From the NCBI RefSeq assembly GCF_036971445.1, contig NC_091475.1:79174001-79238000 (forward strand): a stretch of DNA of 64,000 nt. Direction: 5' to 3'. Below the pieces are notes generated by a model. That model had not been told where the DNA came from and made no database searches. It worked only from the letters and a program-made list of their open reading frames with translations. The stretch comes from Narcine bancroftii. Lineage: Eukaryota. This document shows positions 24,641-38,641 of this stretch, piece after piece. Made by a program: the position numbers and the translations under genes. Every line of letters begins with the position of its first letter. Position 1 is the first letter of the stretch.

Positions 24641-27600
24641 TTGTGTGGAAACAGAGCTAATAATATTTATTTGTATTTCATGGATGCTTTATCAGATTCT
24701 TTTCATAGAACAGCAGAAAATTTGGTAATGTTGGAATGTTTTTGAATAAAGCCAAAATTGTCTCATCTTCCAAGAGTGATACAAAAATGTGCCTTTTAAA
24801 TTTTAGTTATTTGCCATTATTTTCAGAAGTGCTTAGAGCCCTCTCAAAATTGTAGAATATTCTAAGCCTGAATTTTTTGTTGTTGTTAATCTGTGATTAT
24901 TCACAAATATAACACTTCAATTATACCATTTAGCTAAAGTCCTGCAGATGGGACTTCTGGGAATTCTGACAACCTTTTGTGGCCACTTTCACTGAGATAA
25001 AGCTTTGAAGCTCTTGAACAAAATTGATCAACCATTTCAGTATCCAGTGCAATTTAATTTGGAAAGAAGTACTTGTTTAGGTATGTCCCTTAATTTATTC
25101 TGAGATTTGATTAATATAAGTTATAATGCCAAGCTGAAATTTTAAAAATATTTAATTACCTCTTCCTGCAGCAGGCAAATTGTCCAAGAAGATTACAGTT
25201 TTATATTCTCATTGATTCTAGAAATGCAGCTCTGCTGGATAACTACAAATGGGCAGAATAACCCATTATACACAGAATACAAACACTGAATGGTCTTGGC
25301 CTATTCTTGTATTCCTATTCATGATTGATATTAGCACAATGTTCTAAGTCAATACTAGAAATATCCTAGTTTTTTTTGAATGACTTTGCCTTTAAATCCT
25401 TAAGTACTTATGTGTATCAGTGTTGGAAGACAATGATAACCTTATTCAAAAACATTCCTCAACTGAACATTTACAATTTTTCTGCTGCAAGATGGATTGT
25501 ATTCAATATAATCTAATTGGATTGTGCAGCAACCAAATCTTTATTTAAATGATTTATATCAATAATGCTTCCTCTGTGAATTTAAGATCTGAAAGAGGAC
25601 AAATTTTATAGTGAGGTAATTTAAAGAAATTATGGTGACAAGTTAAAGGAAGATCTTGCATTTTGTACCACCTGTCATGTTTCTGATACCTTCATTGTGT
25701 CCATGCAATTTGCTTTGTTTATTTGTCAGAAAATGCCTTGTACAGTGAGAAGGGTTCTTCTGTTAGCGGTATAATGTCAACTCTCATTCGTACAGCCATG
25801 TAATAAATACAATGTTTAGAGTGTAGGATTATAATTTAAAGGAAGATCAATTGTTACAGGGTTAATTCAGGAGCTAGAGGCTGCGGGGGAAAAAATGCTA
25901 ATTTTCCAACCTTCCTGGTGGTTGAGAGAGAAGAGAGTTATCTGGGGTGTGATGGGTCTTTCAGTATATTGGCTGCCTTTCATAGGCAGTGAGAGATGTA
26001 GATGGAGTCTATCAAGGGGAGGGTTTATGTTATGTTCTGAGTTGCATGATCTCGTACCACTCTACGATTCATCCAGCAAGCTTTCAATTCAGCACCCGGA
26101 GAAGTTGTTGAGGGACGAGAGTTATCTTGGGATTTCTTGTTAATATGATGCCACCTTTACATTAATAGACAATTCAAGAACTGTTGAAAAATCCTTGCTC
26201 ATTATCCAAAAACAAGTAGCTGTTATGGTTCCTGATCATGTGTAATATCCACTAAAAGTTACTTAAATTTTAACATTGCTGTATATCCTTTTATGTAATT
26301 TTAAAATTAGCCCTCCAATTTGTAGAAACATTCCCACAAGCCTTCCCCTTCACATCACTTTTAACCTGTCATTGTATTCCTTCATGCTCACAGCTTTTCC
26401 TTAAATCCATCAATTCTCTGTTCCAGTGACCACTTAGAAAAATTCATATTCTCACCATCTTAATTTTTGTTAGATTTATTATTGATTCTTTTGTATTTGT
26501 GTGTCTTTCTCTTCCTCTCAAGTGGAAATTTCATGTCTACTGGGTTAAACCGATTTACTATTATAAAGGCCCCTTTTTACTGCCAGAGTTTGAGTCTATT
26601 CAGTCTTGTCTGACACATACAATCAGTTATCGTCATTTCAAACAATGGATGTGTTTGATCTTTGCAATCGTGTACACTAAGCTTTTGCTAGAAGTTGTAT
26701 TGCATGAAACATCAAATTGTGAATTATTTTGGTTTTATGTAATGTACCTTTTACACTCTATAGAACTATTTTGTACTTGCACTGTCCAATTACCTCTTGC
26801 TCAATAGATAGTACTTTCAGACTCTGATTCAGAGTCTGCAGAGTGCTGCAAGAAGTCCCGACACCCTCCATATGGTAGCTCACGAGAGGATGACCAATTT
26901 TTTGTTTTTCCCTTCAAGAGGTAAATATATGTGCAAGGTGTTGAAATGGTACCCTGGGGGTTTTCTATGTTCACTCAAAAGACCAGACTTGGTGTCTGTT
27001 TAATGTCTCATCCGCACGTCAATGTTTTTAGAGATGTAGCATTTCCTTGATGCTACACTGGAATACTAGAGTAAATTCTGTGCTTGCATCTCTTGATTAG
27101 AACTTAATGTTAACTTGTGATTCCAGAAATAGCGATGTCCTCTTACCTATGACCAACATCTTGCTTTGGTGACCATTATGTCCATTCACTTTTTCCCCAC
27201 TTGATTCCACGTTTAGAAAAAAAAATTTCAAATGAGCTGTTGGTCAATGTTTAAGGCTTTAAACAGTCACCAGTTAAATCTCCATTCTGAGTTGCAACCT
27301 TTGCCATTCATTGGATCAAAAATAGAATAAGCCTCAATCATTTTCAATACCTTTATATAAAAAGTCTCCTAATAGGATGTGATCTGTGGACTGTGCAATG
27401 CAGAGCAAAGTGCTTCTGTCCCCACTCTGAATTTTGTGAAAATTACTGGCTGAAAATGTCTTTGTCCCTCAGGCTTTCAGCATAATACTTTAGACAGTAT
27501 TTTTCTGTACACATGGTAAATAATTGAGGGCTAAAATGTAAGCAGTTACTGTAAAGTCCTTAAATACTTTAAAATGTTTTGCATTTTGTAACTGAGTTTG

Positions 27601-29785
27601 AAAGCAAAGGAGGGAAACCTATTCCTGCCAGTCACACATATTGCAATCACATACCATGATTCTATTTTAACACGAACACCTGTTTAGACTTTTTAAATGC
27701 AGTTCTTTATAGTGTCACCGCAAGTACAGCAAATTGTGTAATGTGTGAAGACTAATAGCATTCTTGTCAGCAGAATGGCCAGACGGTTTCCAAAATCTGT
27801 AATGTTAAACTGCTGTTTATGTGTGTATATATCCAGCAATGACCAGCTAAAGCTCAAAGAGAGTAATGCTCATAAATGTGAATGCAGAGCTCATCAACTA
27901 AATGAAAACCAGGATGGTCGTTGGTGTAAAGTTTTCACAGGTTTTCAAAATAAACCAAAAATTGCCTTTTTTTCTGGTGTGCCATTATGACAATACAGTT
28001 TCCGTGCATTTTTGTGTTTTATTGAATAAGCCCTTGCATGCAGTTTTTTAGATGCCTCTACTACTGTGACCGTTCCCTTCATCTATTTTTTTTGACACTA
28101 AGCATCAGTTGGAGCAGATCCTCCTCTTCACATTGATTTTTTTTCCTGTTTTCTTCAAGAACCATGTGTCTGGTGCATCCTGGCACATCCTGTTGGCATT
28201 ATTTAGTATTTAAGTGTGGTTGTTGTATGGAAGAATAGAGACCGAGAAATGCATAGTGACACAGTGCAAGCACATTAGCCTCGACGAATGCTGGAACTTG
28301 TACATCAGGAGTCTCCTCCTGGTTCAACTCCTATTCCCCTTCCAGAAAGTTGTATGGTCTTGGAGCAGCATAGCACATGAAGTAAGGACTACAGATATCG
28401 GATAAAAAGCAGCAGCATTCCATTCTTGGAACTGACAAGGATATTCATTAGATAATCATAGATAAAGTTACCTTCATTATTTCGCAATTGCTTTATTTAG
28501 AGATTGTGGAAAAACTAGGTTGGTAAGAGTTGTCTGGATGAGTTAGAAAGCAATGTAGCATGGCCACAAATGAAAAGAATTTTGTCACTGACATGATTGG
28601 TCAGGATGATACCTAACATCCTTATGCCTTGATTGCATTATTGAAGTTGTGTTGGGAAGATTTCAGCATTTCATGAGATTTGTATTCGTAGCTAATTTTT
28701 GATTTTTCATTCTCCATATAGTTGGGACTTGAGCAATTCTGTAATCAGAATAAAATGTCTATCTATATGTATCAATACAGTATCTAATGGTAGTCATGAT
28801 ACGAGGCATGTTAGATTGAAACTGCGTGTCAAGCAATAATTTGGAGGTTCAGTAGAACGGACAGAAGCTACAATATCATAGAGAAAACAGTAAACCCTAC
28901 CTCATGATTATTAATTCCTTTAGCAAAGTGTGGTATGGTAGATAGCTGCATTTTACAAATGTACATATGTTCATTCCCTGCTACCGACAGTATTGTGGCG
29001 ATTTGTGATGAGGCAATGAACCAATTATTTCCATTCCTACCCCTATTGATAACAAATAACTTTTCCTGCACAAAAATGCTATTCTTTAATCTGCTATTTA
29101 TTTTGAGTAGATAGGAGGAAGCTTGTGAGCCTCCTTGTGCCTGTGTCAATTAATAATTACCTACCTATCTAGTCATACCTCCCAGCATCAGCTCTGTAGC
29201 TGTACAATGTGTTGCTCCTTAAGTGCAGTTGAATGTGGAGAGGACTTCTGTCTCTTCCTAGATCCCTACAGTTATCTGGCCTTAAGGCTTCTACCAATTT
29301 AATCTGTGTCACTGTCCCTCCATCTTTTTTGATTCCTTTACTAAGGGAAATTCCTCAATTTATACACCTGTACAAAGACTCCCCTCCACTGCTATTGTTC
29401 CAAAGAAAAGAGATATCTTTCCTCATTGTTATTATTTTCCAATTCTGGTAATATTTTTCTAAATCTGAAAGAAGAATCTGGAAAAACAAATGAAACAGTT
29501 GCACTTAGCAATGGGCCGAAAGCTGACTAATTCTCCTGGATCTGCATGCAATTGATGAAGTAAATGAGGTTTGGTTAACTTGGACACAATTATAAGGTAA
29601 CTATCAGGTGACCAGATGAGAGAAGGCAGCAAATGGAACTAACAGGATTATTCTGTGAAAGAACCAATGCAGACTTGCTTGGCTGAGTGGCTGTCTTCTG
29701 TTGCTATGGTTCTGTAACTGAGTTTTTGAATGGTTTTTCTAGTAGTCTAAGTGCAATTAAGTACAATGTCTTTGTTTTGTTTCAG

Positions 29786-29922
29786 TAGTCGGATTGAACT
29801 TGGAGATGTTACTCCACACAACATCAAACAGCTGAAAAGGTTAAATCAAGTAATCTTCCCTGTAAGTTACAATGACAAATTCTACAAGGATGTGCTGGAA
29901 GTCGGCGAACTTGCAAAATTAG
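29786..29922 (+). CDS. NAA50: NAA50 exon 2 (137 nt)
   Basis: ttgtttcAG acceptor and G|GTAATT donor; encodes SRIELGDVTPHNIKQLKRLNQVIFPVSYNDKFYKDVLEVGELAKL. Confidence 0.97.
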
Positions 29923-30089
29923 GTAATTGTTTTTTTTTTGTTTCTACTTTTGTGTAACATTTATGTGTATTTTTTTTAACTTTGCAAGGGGATATTCCAA
30001 TAGAATTAAAATATAATGTTACTCTATTCAAATTATCATCCTTCAAAGAAGAAAAGGCTGGGCTTTTATTTTCTGGAGTATAGGAAGCT

Positions 30090-30450
30090 GAGGGTTTACA
30101 TAAAGTAACATAAAGTCCTGATGAATATGGATAAAGTGAATGCACAAGTCTTTCCTAGTGTAGACAATTTAAGAACTAGAGAACATAGATTTAAGGCGAG
30201 ACTTGAGAGGGATCTGAGAGGCAACCTTTTCACTCGGAGGGTAGTCTTTATCTGGAATGAGCTGCCAAAGGAAGCCATAGAACCAGGTATAATTACGATG
30301 TTAAAAAGACATTCGGATAGATATGTGGATAGGAAGGAGTTAGAAGATACAAACTAAATACATGCAAATGGGAGTATCCCAGAATGCCAGGTTCGGTGAC
30401 ATGGGAGAGTTGGGCTGAAATGTCTGTACCAAGTCTTCTGACTTTATAAA
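30090..30450 (+). mobile_element. CR1 LINE 3' end
   Basis: Peptide RTREHRFK...RGNLFTRRVVFIWNELP followed by a CR1 3'UTR. Confidence 0.75.
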
Positions 30451-30789
30451 TGATTAACTGAATTTTTTTAGGATCAAACAGCAATTTATGCACATAAACA
30501 AATTTTAATTCTCATGAGGTGCATTTTTCAGAATTGGGGAGCAGTATTAGTTTTGGAGAAATCCACAACATTAGAGAAAACTTTCCTTCAAAGTACTGGT
30601 TATCAGCTGTTAATTGATGTGTAGGAATGTGGGATTGGGAGGGGTGGGCAGGGAGCCGCAAGAGGAGGTGGTGGTATATGAAATTATTGCCTTATCCTGT
30701 TAATATGCTGCCAGAACAATGCAAACAAATGGCATAATGTCAGGCAAAATTCTTGGTGAAGCAAAGCAGGGCAATTCAGGTGTGTCAAA

Positions 30790-32842
30790 AGCCAAAATGG
30801 GACCTTACAGTGGCAGCCCTTTCTGAGCGGTTCTGATGGAAATAATCAAATATTCTTGCTCAGAATCCCGAGAAACATAAAACCTAACTAACCTGAAAAC
30901 ATCCATGTCCTAATATCGATGGCAGACCCTAGAATCTGCATTCTCCATTGGGAGGGGCCTTAAAACAGCTCACGCAAGTAAAACACAGGAGTTTTAAACA
31001 GCCGGAGAATGGCCATTTAAACTTTGTGGGAGTTGCAGACGCCCAGCACATTTAAACATCGCAGAGGATTTAAAGGGTCAGCGCAAGGATAATTTAACAC
31101 CATGGGAACTAACAGCAGTGGACCAATGAGCCAGGGAAAGAAGACCCAACCACATGGATGCAGAGGGGCGGGGGGGGGGGGGGCTACAGGTCAAGCTGAG
31201 ACCTGAGACTTCCACTCCCTACATCCTCCTGGCCAACATACAGTCCCTGGAAAACAAACTTGATGAACTCCAAGCCAGACTTCAGCATCAGAGAGACATC
31301 ACGGAGTGCTGTGTGATGTGCTTTACAGAAACATGGCTAAAGGTGGACATTCCGGACACAGCGCTGCAACCCAAGGGCTACACCTTTGTGCTGAATGAAC
31401 ACTGGCTTCTGGAAAACTGGGGGGGGCAGCATTTGTGTCATCATCAGTTCATCTTGGTGCATATATGTTACAGACATGTCCTAGTCCTGTTCCCCCAACC
31501 TGGAATATCTGGTGATCAAGTGCTGCTCATTCTACCTGCCAAGGGAGTTCACTGCCATCATCCTGGTTAAAGTATACATTCCGCCCAGGCTGGCATTGAA
31601 AGGACTGAGGACTGATAAACAGCCTTGAGACAGCACATCCAGATTCTTCCCGATCATTGTAGGGAACTTCAATCAGGCTAACCTGAAGAAGTCTCTGACA
31701 AACTACCACCCACACGTCACATGCGAGACCAGGGGAACCAACACACTTGACCACTGCTACACCACCATGAAGAACGCATTTTAAGCCATACCACGACTGC
31801 ACTTCAGTAAGTACTGGCTGTACTTCTACACTCGGCATACCAGCAAAGACTGAAGACCATAGAACCAGTGGTGAAGATGGCGAAGGTGTGGTCGAGGGAA
31901 GCAAAGGAGCATCTGCAGGACTGCTTTGAAACGGTGGACTGGAATATATTCAAGAACTCATCCATAGATTTGAATGAATATGCAACAGGTGTCACCGACT
32001 TCAAGATCTGTGTGGATGACTCTGTGCCCATGCCCAAATACTTGGTGTTCCCCAATCTGAAACCCTGGGTGAATCAGAGAATATGCAACCTGCTGAGGGT
32101 GAGACAAGGGCATTTAAGGCCAGGGATAGGGATCTTTACAAGAAGTCCAGGTATGACCTGTGAAAGGCCATCTCTGAAGCAACATGGCAATTCTGGAGGA
32201 AGCTAGAGACCGATACGTGCCAAGTTTGGCAGGGAGTGCAGGCCATTACAGCCTACAAAATGAGGGTGAACACTATAGATAGCTGTGATGCTTCACTGCC
32301 TGATGAGCTGCACGCCTTCTATGCCTGCTTTGAGAAGAACCAAACAGGGCCTACTGGAATACCTGCAAATGCTGAGGACCCTGTGATAACTGTCCCTGAG
32401 GGTGACATTCGAACATTATTCATGGAGATGAACCCTCGCAAGGTGTTTGGCCCTGATGGCATACCTGGCAGGGTACTGAAAATCTGCGCCAACCAACTAG
32501 ACAGTGTGTTCACGGACATTTTCACTCTCATTGCTACTGTCAGAGGTTCCCACCTGCTTTAAAAGGGCATCAATCATCCCAGTACCCAAGAAGAGTAGTA
32601 TGAGCTGCCTCAACGACTGTTGCCCAGTAGCTCTCACATCTACTGTGATGCTTTGAGAGGTTGCCATCAGATGCCTGAATAATCAGTGGAGCATAGACAC
32701 TGCCTTATATTTTGTGCACTATTATTTTTTACTCTTTTATAGTAACGTTGTAAGATGGTTATAATATGAATGTTTGCACTGTGATATTGCTGCAAAACAC
32801 TGAATTTCATGACTTGTTCATGACAGTAAATTCTGATTCTGC
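30790..32842 (+). mobile_element. Rex1/Babar-like LINE, internally deleted (5' region, endonuclease, start of RT, 3' tail)
   Basis: Peptides ILLANIQSLENKLDEL...CCVMCFTETWL, LQDCFETVDWNIF and GPDGIPGRVLKICANQL. The sequence jumps to the 3' end near 32665 and ends with TTCTGATTCTG. Confidence 0.8.
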
Positions 32843-35800
32843 ATTTGAAAGCACTTAATAAAAAAAAAAAATTATTTGCCTAGGACTTGGGTCTGGTTCA
32901 GCAAAGGTGATAAATCTTTTCATTTTCTTTCAACTCAAGGAACAAAATTCACTAATTATGTTGCTCTCATGCATTCAGCCGAACTAGTTTTCTGGATCTT
33001 GGCATTTTATTATTTATGTTTGCAGAAGTCTGACAAGTTTTTAACCACAAATAATAGATGTTTTAACTTCTGAAAAATTTGTTACATATGTGGCAGAGAT
33101 GGATTCCTGATTAGGTTTGGACAGGGCTCTTTTTCTATGTGATACTTGTGACTTCAGAAAGCCAAATTTCTGACTTTTTTCTCCAGAAGATAATTTGTTA
33201 CCTGTTTGTTATAAAGAATAGCAAAAGTGAGCAATGCAAGTTGGCTGCTGCTAGAAACAAAACTGGAACATTTGCACTTTTGGAAACACTGACGGGAAGA
33301 TCCTCATGAGGATCCTAAACCATTGCACTGAATGACTTTTATTTTGGTATCGTCTAAAGGCTTGAGCAAGTACTCTAACAAGGCTATGTGCTTGTGTAAA
33401 GTCTTATGAGCTGGCTTCAGTCAATGTTGAAAGCATGGGGCCAGATTCCATCACTGGTGGTTTGCAAGGGTCTCTGCTTGATTAAAAGCTGAGGTAGGAA
33501 GATGAGAACTGTTAAAGTAATTCATTATATACTCCTGGGATTGAAAATGTCTTCAGGGAGGAGTCACGTGATGGAGTGGTGGCCGGTCGGGAAAACAAGC
33601 CCCCGAAAAAAGTTAGGAAAAAACAAAGCATAACAAAAATAAAATATAAGAAATATAAGATAAAGATACAGAGAAGAGAAAGAAGATAGCTTCCAAGAAG
33701 GAGAAAGTAAAAACAACTGGAAAAGAAGTAGAAAAGTCGCCGGAGAAGAAAGAAGGCAGCCTTACCTGCAAGAAGGAACAGGGTGCTGTGGTAGCGAGGA
33801 GTGCCCAACCCTCGGTCAGCGCCTCCCCTGTGGAGTCACGACTCACCAGCCAGTGGACTGCAAAAATGGCTCTCGGAGCCAAACAAAAGTGCGCAACTGT
33901 GCAATCAAAGGAGAAAAGGAACACCGGCGGGAGGGGGCTCAGCAGAGGAGCGGGCTGCCACAGAGCGAATAGCTGAGGGACGCCTGACACCAGGGCGCTG
34001 AGCTGGAGGACGAGGAAGGCAGCAGAAGAGGGAGCGATGAAACAGACGTAGGAGATAGACGGAGGGATGACTGATAAGAAGTTCAACGTCAGGAAGCACA
34101 ACAGACGAGCAGCCCAGGAGGGGAGGACCAGCAACAAGAGGCCCGGCAAGAAGGGGCCCAACAAAGAGATACAAGCAGCTCATCAGGAAAAAAACAGAAG
34201 AGACACAGACCCAAAGATGAGAAGAAGACACAAACACGGGTACAGATGCAGAAGAAGAGGAAAAAGAAGACCAAGATCTTCAGAGAAATAGAAGGTAAAA
34301 CTGATGAACAGAATATAATTAGTTTTTTTTTAGAAGAACAAATGAGATCACTAAAAGAATGGTTATCATTAGAATTTAATGCAATTAAAAGGAAAATGAA
34401 AAGAACAGAAGATAAAATGCAAAGTTTAGAGCTGGTCAAGGCAGAAATAGGGAAAAGAGTAGAGAATGTGGAAGAATGGGAAACGGCTGTAGAAATGGAA
34501 GTAAATGACTTGAGAGGAAAATTGGAAGTGACAAAAATTAAAGGGACGCAAGAGTTGTTATCTTAGAAAATTGATATGTTGGAAAATTATAGTTGGCGAA
34601 GAAACAAAAATAGTGGGCCTAAAGTAAGATGAAGAAGGCACAGACATGAAGGAATTTATAAAAGGATGGATCCCGAAGGTCCTGGGAATGACAGAAATGC
34701 AGGAAGAAATGGAAATATAAAGGGCAAACAGAACATTAGCTCTGTAACCACAGGCACATCAAAAACCAAGATCCATCTTAGTAAAATTTTTGAGATTCAA
34801 GACAAGAGAAAATGTACTGGAACGGGCAAGGAATAAAGTTAGAGAAGATAATAAACCATTGGAGTACAAGGGTCAAAAAATATTTTTTTTTACCCAGATA
34901 TAAGTTTTGAACTCTTAAAGAGGAGGAAGGAGTTTAATATAGCAGAATAGATTTTATGGAAAAAAAGGTTACAAATTCATGATTAAAATATTTATTCCCG
35001 GGGAGCAAAACAGATCCAGAGAAAGTGCGAGAATTTGCAGAATGTTTGCAGGACAGGAGAAGAGATGAAGAGATGTAACAAGAATGAAGAACAGCGATAA
35101 AGTATATATAAAGATGTAAAAACAATATATGTAAAGAATTAAAGAGGGAACAGAGAAGGGAAGGTAGGGAGTAAGGGGGGAAAAAAAGAAAGAGAGCTTT
35201 GTTATGTGTTTTTTTAAAAAGTGTTTTCTGGAGAGGGCTGGGTGGAGGGGGAATAACAGTCACTGCAAAATCAGTTGACGCTGCGAACAAGATCACAATC
35301 CAAATGAAAAGGGGAATTGTGGTTGCCCGGCAAGGGATATGGGGCAACTCAGAGAGGGGGGGGGCAACTTTTGGGGTTAAGGTATTAGTGGATGAGGGAA
35401 CTGTAGGGGTACTTTGTCTTAAATGTGTTGTCGTATATTAAGTGTAATAAGAGAAAACTAAGAGATGAAAAGGGGGATGGAGGTGGCGAAGAGGTGGAAA
35501 AGAGGTGTATGCAAGGTACAAGATGGCCATGTTGAACTTTATGACTATAAACATTAATGGAATACATAACCAAATTAAAAGGAAGAGGTTACTAAATTTG
35601 AAAGAAAAAATAGATATAGCATTTGTGCAGGAAATGCATCTAACTGAAGCGGAATATAACAAACTAAGAGACTGGATAGGACATGTAATGGCAGCATCCT
35701 ATAATTCAAAAGCTAGAGGTGGAGCTATATTAATTAATAAAAATGTACCAAACAAAATAGAGGAGGAAATAATAGATCTGGCAGGGAGGTATGCAATGAT

Positions 35801-37378
35801 AAAGTGTTAGATATACTCAGAATTTTGGAATTTGCTCAATATGTAGGCGCCTAACAAGGAGGATCAAAAGTTTATGCAGGATATTTTTTTGAAGATTACA
35901 GACACACAAGGAAATATATTTATAGGAGGGGATTTTAACCTTAATTTGGACCCAATGTTAAATAAAACTGGACAAAAGACAAGTAAAAAGAATAAAGTAG
36001 CCAAATTTATGGTTAAATCAATGCAGGAAATGAAACTTATGGATATATGGAGGAGGCAGCACCCAAGAGAGAAGGAATTTTCATATTATTCGAGTAGGCA
36101 CAAAATTTACTCAAGGATTGATATGTTTTTGTTGTCTGCCCATATTCAAGGGAGAGTTAGGAAAACTGAGTATAAAGCTAGATTACTATCAGATCATTCC
36201 CCCTATTATTCGCAATAGAACTGGAGGACATCCCACCAAGAACATATAGATGAAGGTTAAACTCCATGCTACTTAAAAGACAGGAATTTAGGGAGTTTAT
36301 TGAACGCCAAATTAAAACATATTTTGAAATAAACACAGGATCAGTGAAAGACGTGTATTATGGGACACAATGAAAGCCTTCATTAGAGGGCAGGTAATAA
36401 GTTATGTGGCTAAGATGAAAAAGGATTACAATCGGGAAATAGAGCAGTTGGAAAGGAGATAGTAAGTACAGAAAAGGAATTAGTAAAAGGGATGATATAA
36501 CGAAAAGGAGAGAATTGGGGGACAAAAAAAATTAAATACGAAACATTACAAACGTACAAGGTGGAGAAAAAACAATGAAAACAAAGCAAAAGTGTTATGA
36601 ACTGGGACAAAAAACACGCAAAATATTAGCCTGGCAACTTAAAACAGAACAAGCTAAAAGAACAATACTGGCTTCAAGGAAAAAGGACAAACAAATTACA
36701 TATAACCCAATAGAGATTAATGAAAATTTTAAGGAATTTTATGAACAATTGTATCAAACTGAAAACAAGGGGAAAGATGATAAAACAGAGGAATTTTTAG
36801 CTAAAATTGAACTGCCGAAATTGCAAGAAGAGGAACAAAACAAACTAATAAAACCATTTGAAATAGAGGAAGTACAGGATGTATTAAAAAAGCTGCCGAA
36901 CAATAAAACACCAGGAGAGGATGGATTTCCAATAGAATTTTAAAACATTTAAAGAGTTTAATTCCTCCTCTCCTGGAAGTAATGCACCAGATAGAAGAAA
37001 CACAAAACTTGCCAGATTCATGTAAGACAGCAATAATTACAGTAATACCAAAAACGGGGAAGGATCCACTAACACCAGCATCATATAGACCAATATCTCT
37101 ACTTAACTCAGAAATTAATAGCGAAATTATTAGAAAAGCAATTGGCCGATTGTGTATCTAAAATAGTAAAACGTGATCAAACTGGATTTATTAAGAAAAG
37201 ACGAACATCGGACAATGTCTGAAAATTTATTAATCTAATCCATGCAGTTCAAGGAAATAAGAAACCAACAGTGGCTGTTGCTCTAGATGCAGAAAAAGCC
37301 TTTGACAGAGAAGAGTGGAATTACTTATTTAAACTATTACAGAAGTTCAATCCACCAGAAAAATATATTAATTGGATT

Positions 37379-38641
37379 CTTCTTTGGCTTGGCTTCGCGG
37401 ACGAAGATTTATGGAGGGGATAAAAAGTCCACGTCAGCTGCAGGCTCGTTTGTGGCTGACAAGTCCGATGCGGGACAGGCAGACACGATTGCAGCTGTTG
37501 CAAGGGAAAATTGGTTGGTTGGGGTTGGGTGTTGGGTTTTTCCTCCTTTGCCTTTTGTCAGTGAGGTGGGCTCTGCGGTCTTCTTCAAAGGAGGTTGCTG
37601 CCCGCCAAACTGTGAGGCGCCAAGATGCACGGTTTGAGGCGTTATCAGCCCACTGGCGGTGGTCAATGTGGCAGGCATCAAGAGATTTCTTTAGGCAGTC
37701 CTTGTACCTTTTCTTTGGTGCACCTCTGTCACGCTGGCCAGTGGAGAGCTCGCCATATAACACGATCTTGGGAAGGCGATGGTCCTCCATTCTGGAGACG
37801 TGACCCATCCAGCGCAGCTGGATCTTCAGCAGCGTGGACTCGATGCTGTCGACCTCTGCCATCTCGAGTACTTCGACGTTAGGGGTGTAAGCGCTCCAAT
37901 GGATGTTGAGGATGGAGCGGAGACAACGCTGGTGGAAGCGTTCTAGGAGCCGTAGGTGGTGCCGGTAGAGGACCCATGATTCGGAGCCGAACAGGAGTGT
38001 GGGTATGACAACGGCTCTGTATACGCTTATCTTTGTGAGGTTTTTCAGTTGGTTGTTTTTCCAGACTCTTTTGTGTAGTCTTCCAAAGGCGCTATTTGCC
38101 TTGGCGAGTCTGTTGTCTATCTCATTGTCGATCCTTGCATCTGATGAAATGGTGCAGCCGAGATAGGTAAACTGGTTGACCGTTTTGAGTTTTGTGTGCC
38201 CGATGGAGATGTGGGGGGGCTGGTAGTCATGGTGGGGAGCTGGCTGATGGAGGACCTCAGTTTTCTTCAGGCTGACTTCCAGGCCAAACATTTTGGCAGT
38301 TTCCACAAAGCAGGACGTCAAGTGCTGAAGAGCTGGCTCTGAATGGGCAACTAAAGCGGCATCATCTGCAAAGAGTAGTTCACGGACAAGTTTCTCTTGT
38401 GTCTTGGTGTGAGCTTGCAGGCGCCTCAGATTGAAGAGACTGCCATCCGTGCGGTACCGGATGTAAACAGCGTCTTCATTGTTGGGGTCTTTGATGGCTT
38501 GGTTCAGCATCATGCTGAAGAAGATTGAAAAGAGGGTTGGTGCGAGAACACAGCCTTGCTTCACGCCATTGTTAATGGAGAAGGGTTCAGAGAGCTCATT
38601 GCTGTATCTGACCCGACCTTGTTGGTTTTCGTGCAGTTGGA
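37379..38641 (-). mobile_element. RTE-clade (BovB-like) LINE, 5'-truncated, nested antisense in L1 ORF2
   Basis: Uninterrupted 376-aa ORF (KQGCVLAPTLF, LFADD, FTYLG, RWMGHV, C-terminal CxxC..H..C zinc finger) with a GAAG-type 3' tail. Imperfect TSD TAATTGGATT / TAACTGGATT. Confidence 0.92.

Noticed and set aside
27600-28100. Unique, TE-poor stretch of NAA50 intron 1 as a conserved element or ncRNA
   Set aside because: No recognisable motif or structure, and conservation cannot be assessed without alignments.
37287-37882. Plus-strand ORFs of 116, 143 and 85 aa
   Set aside because: Antisense shadows of the RTE ORF and L1/RTE junction chimeras.
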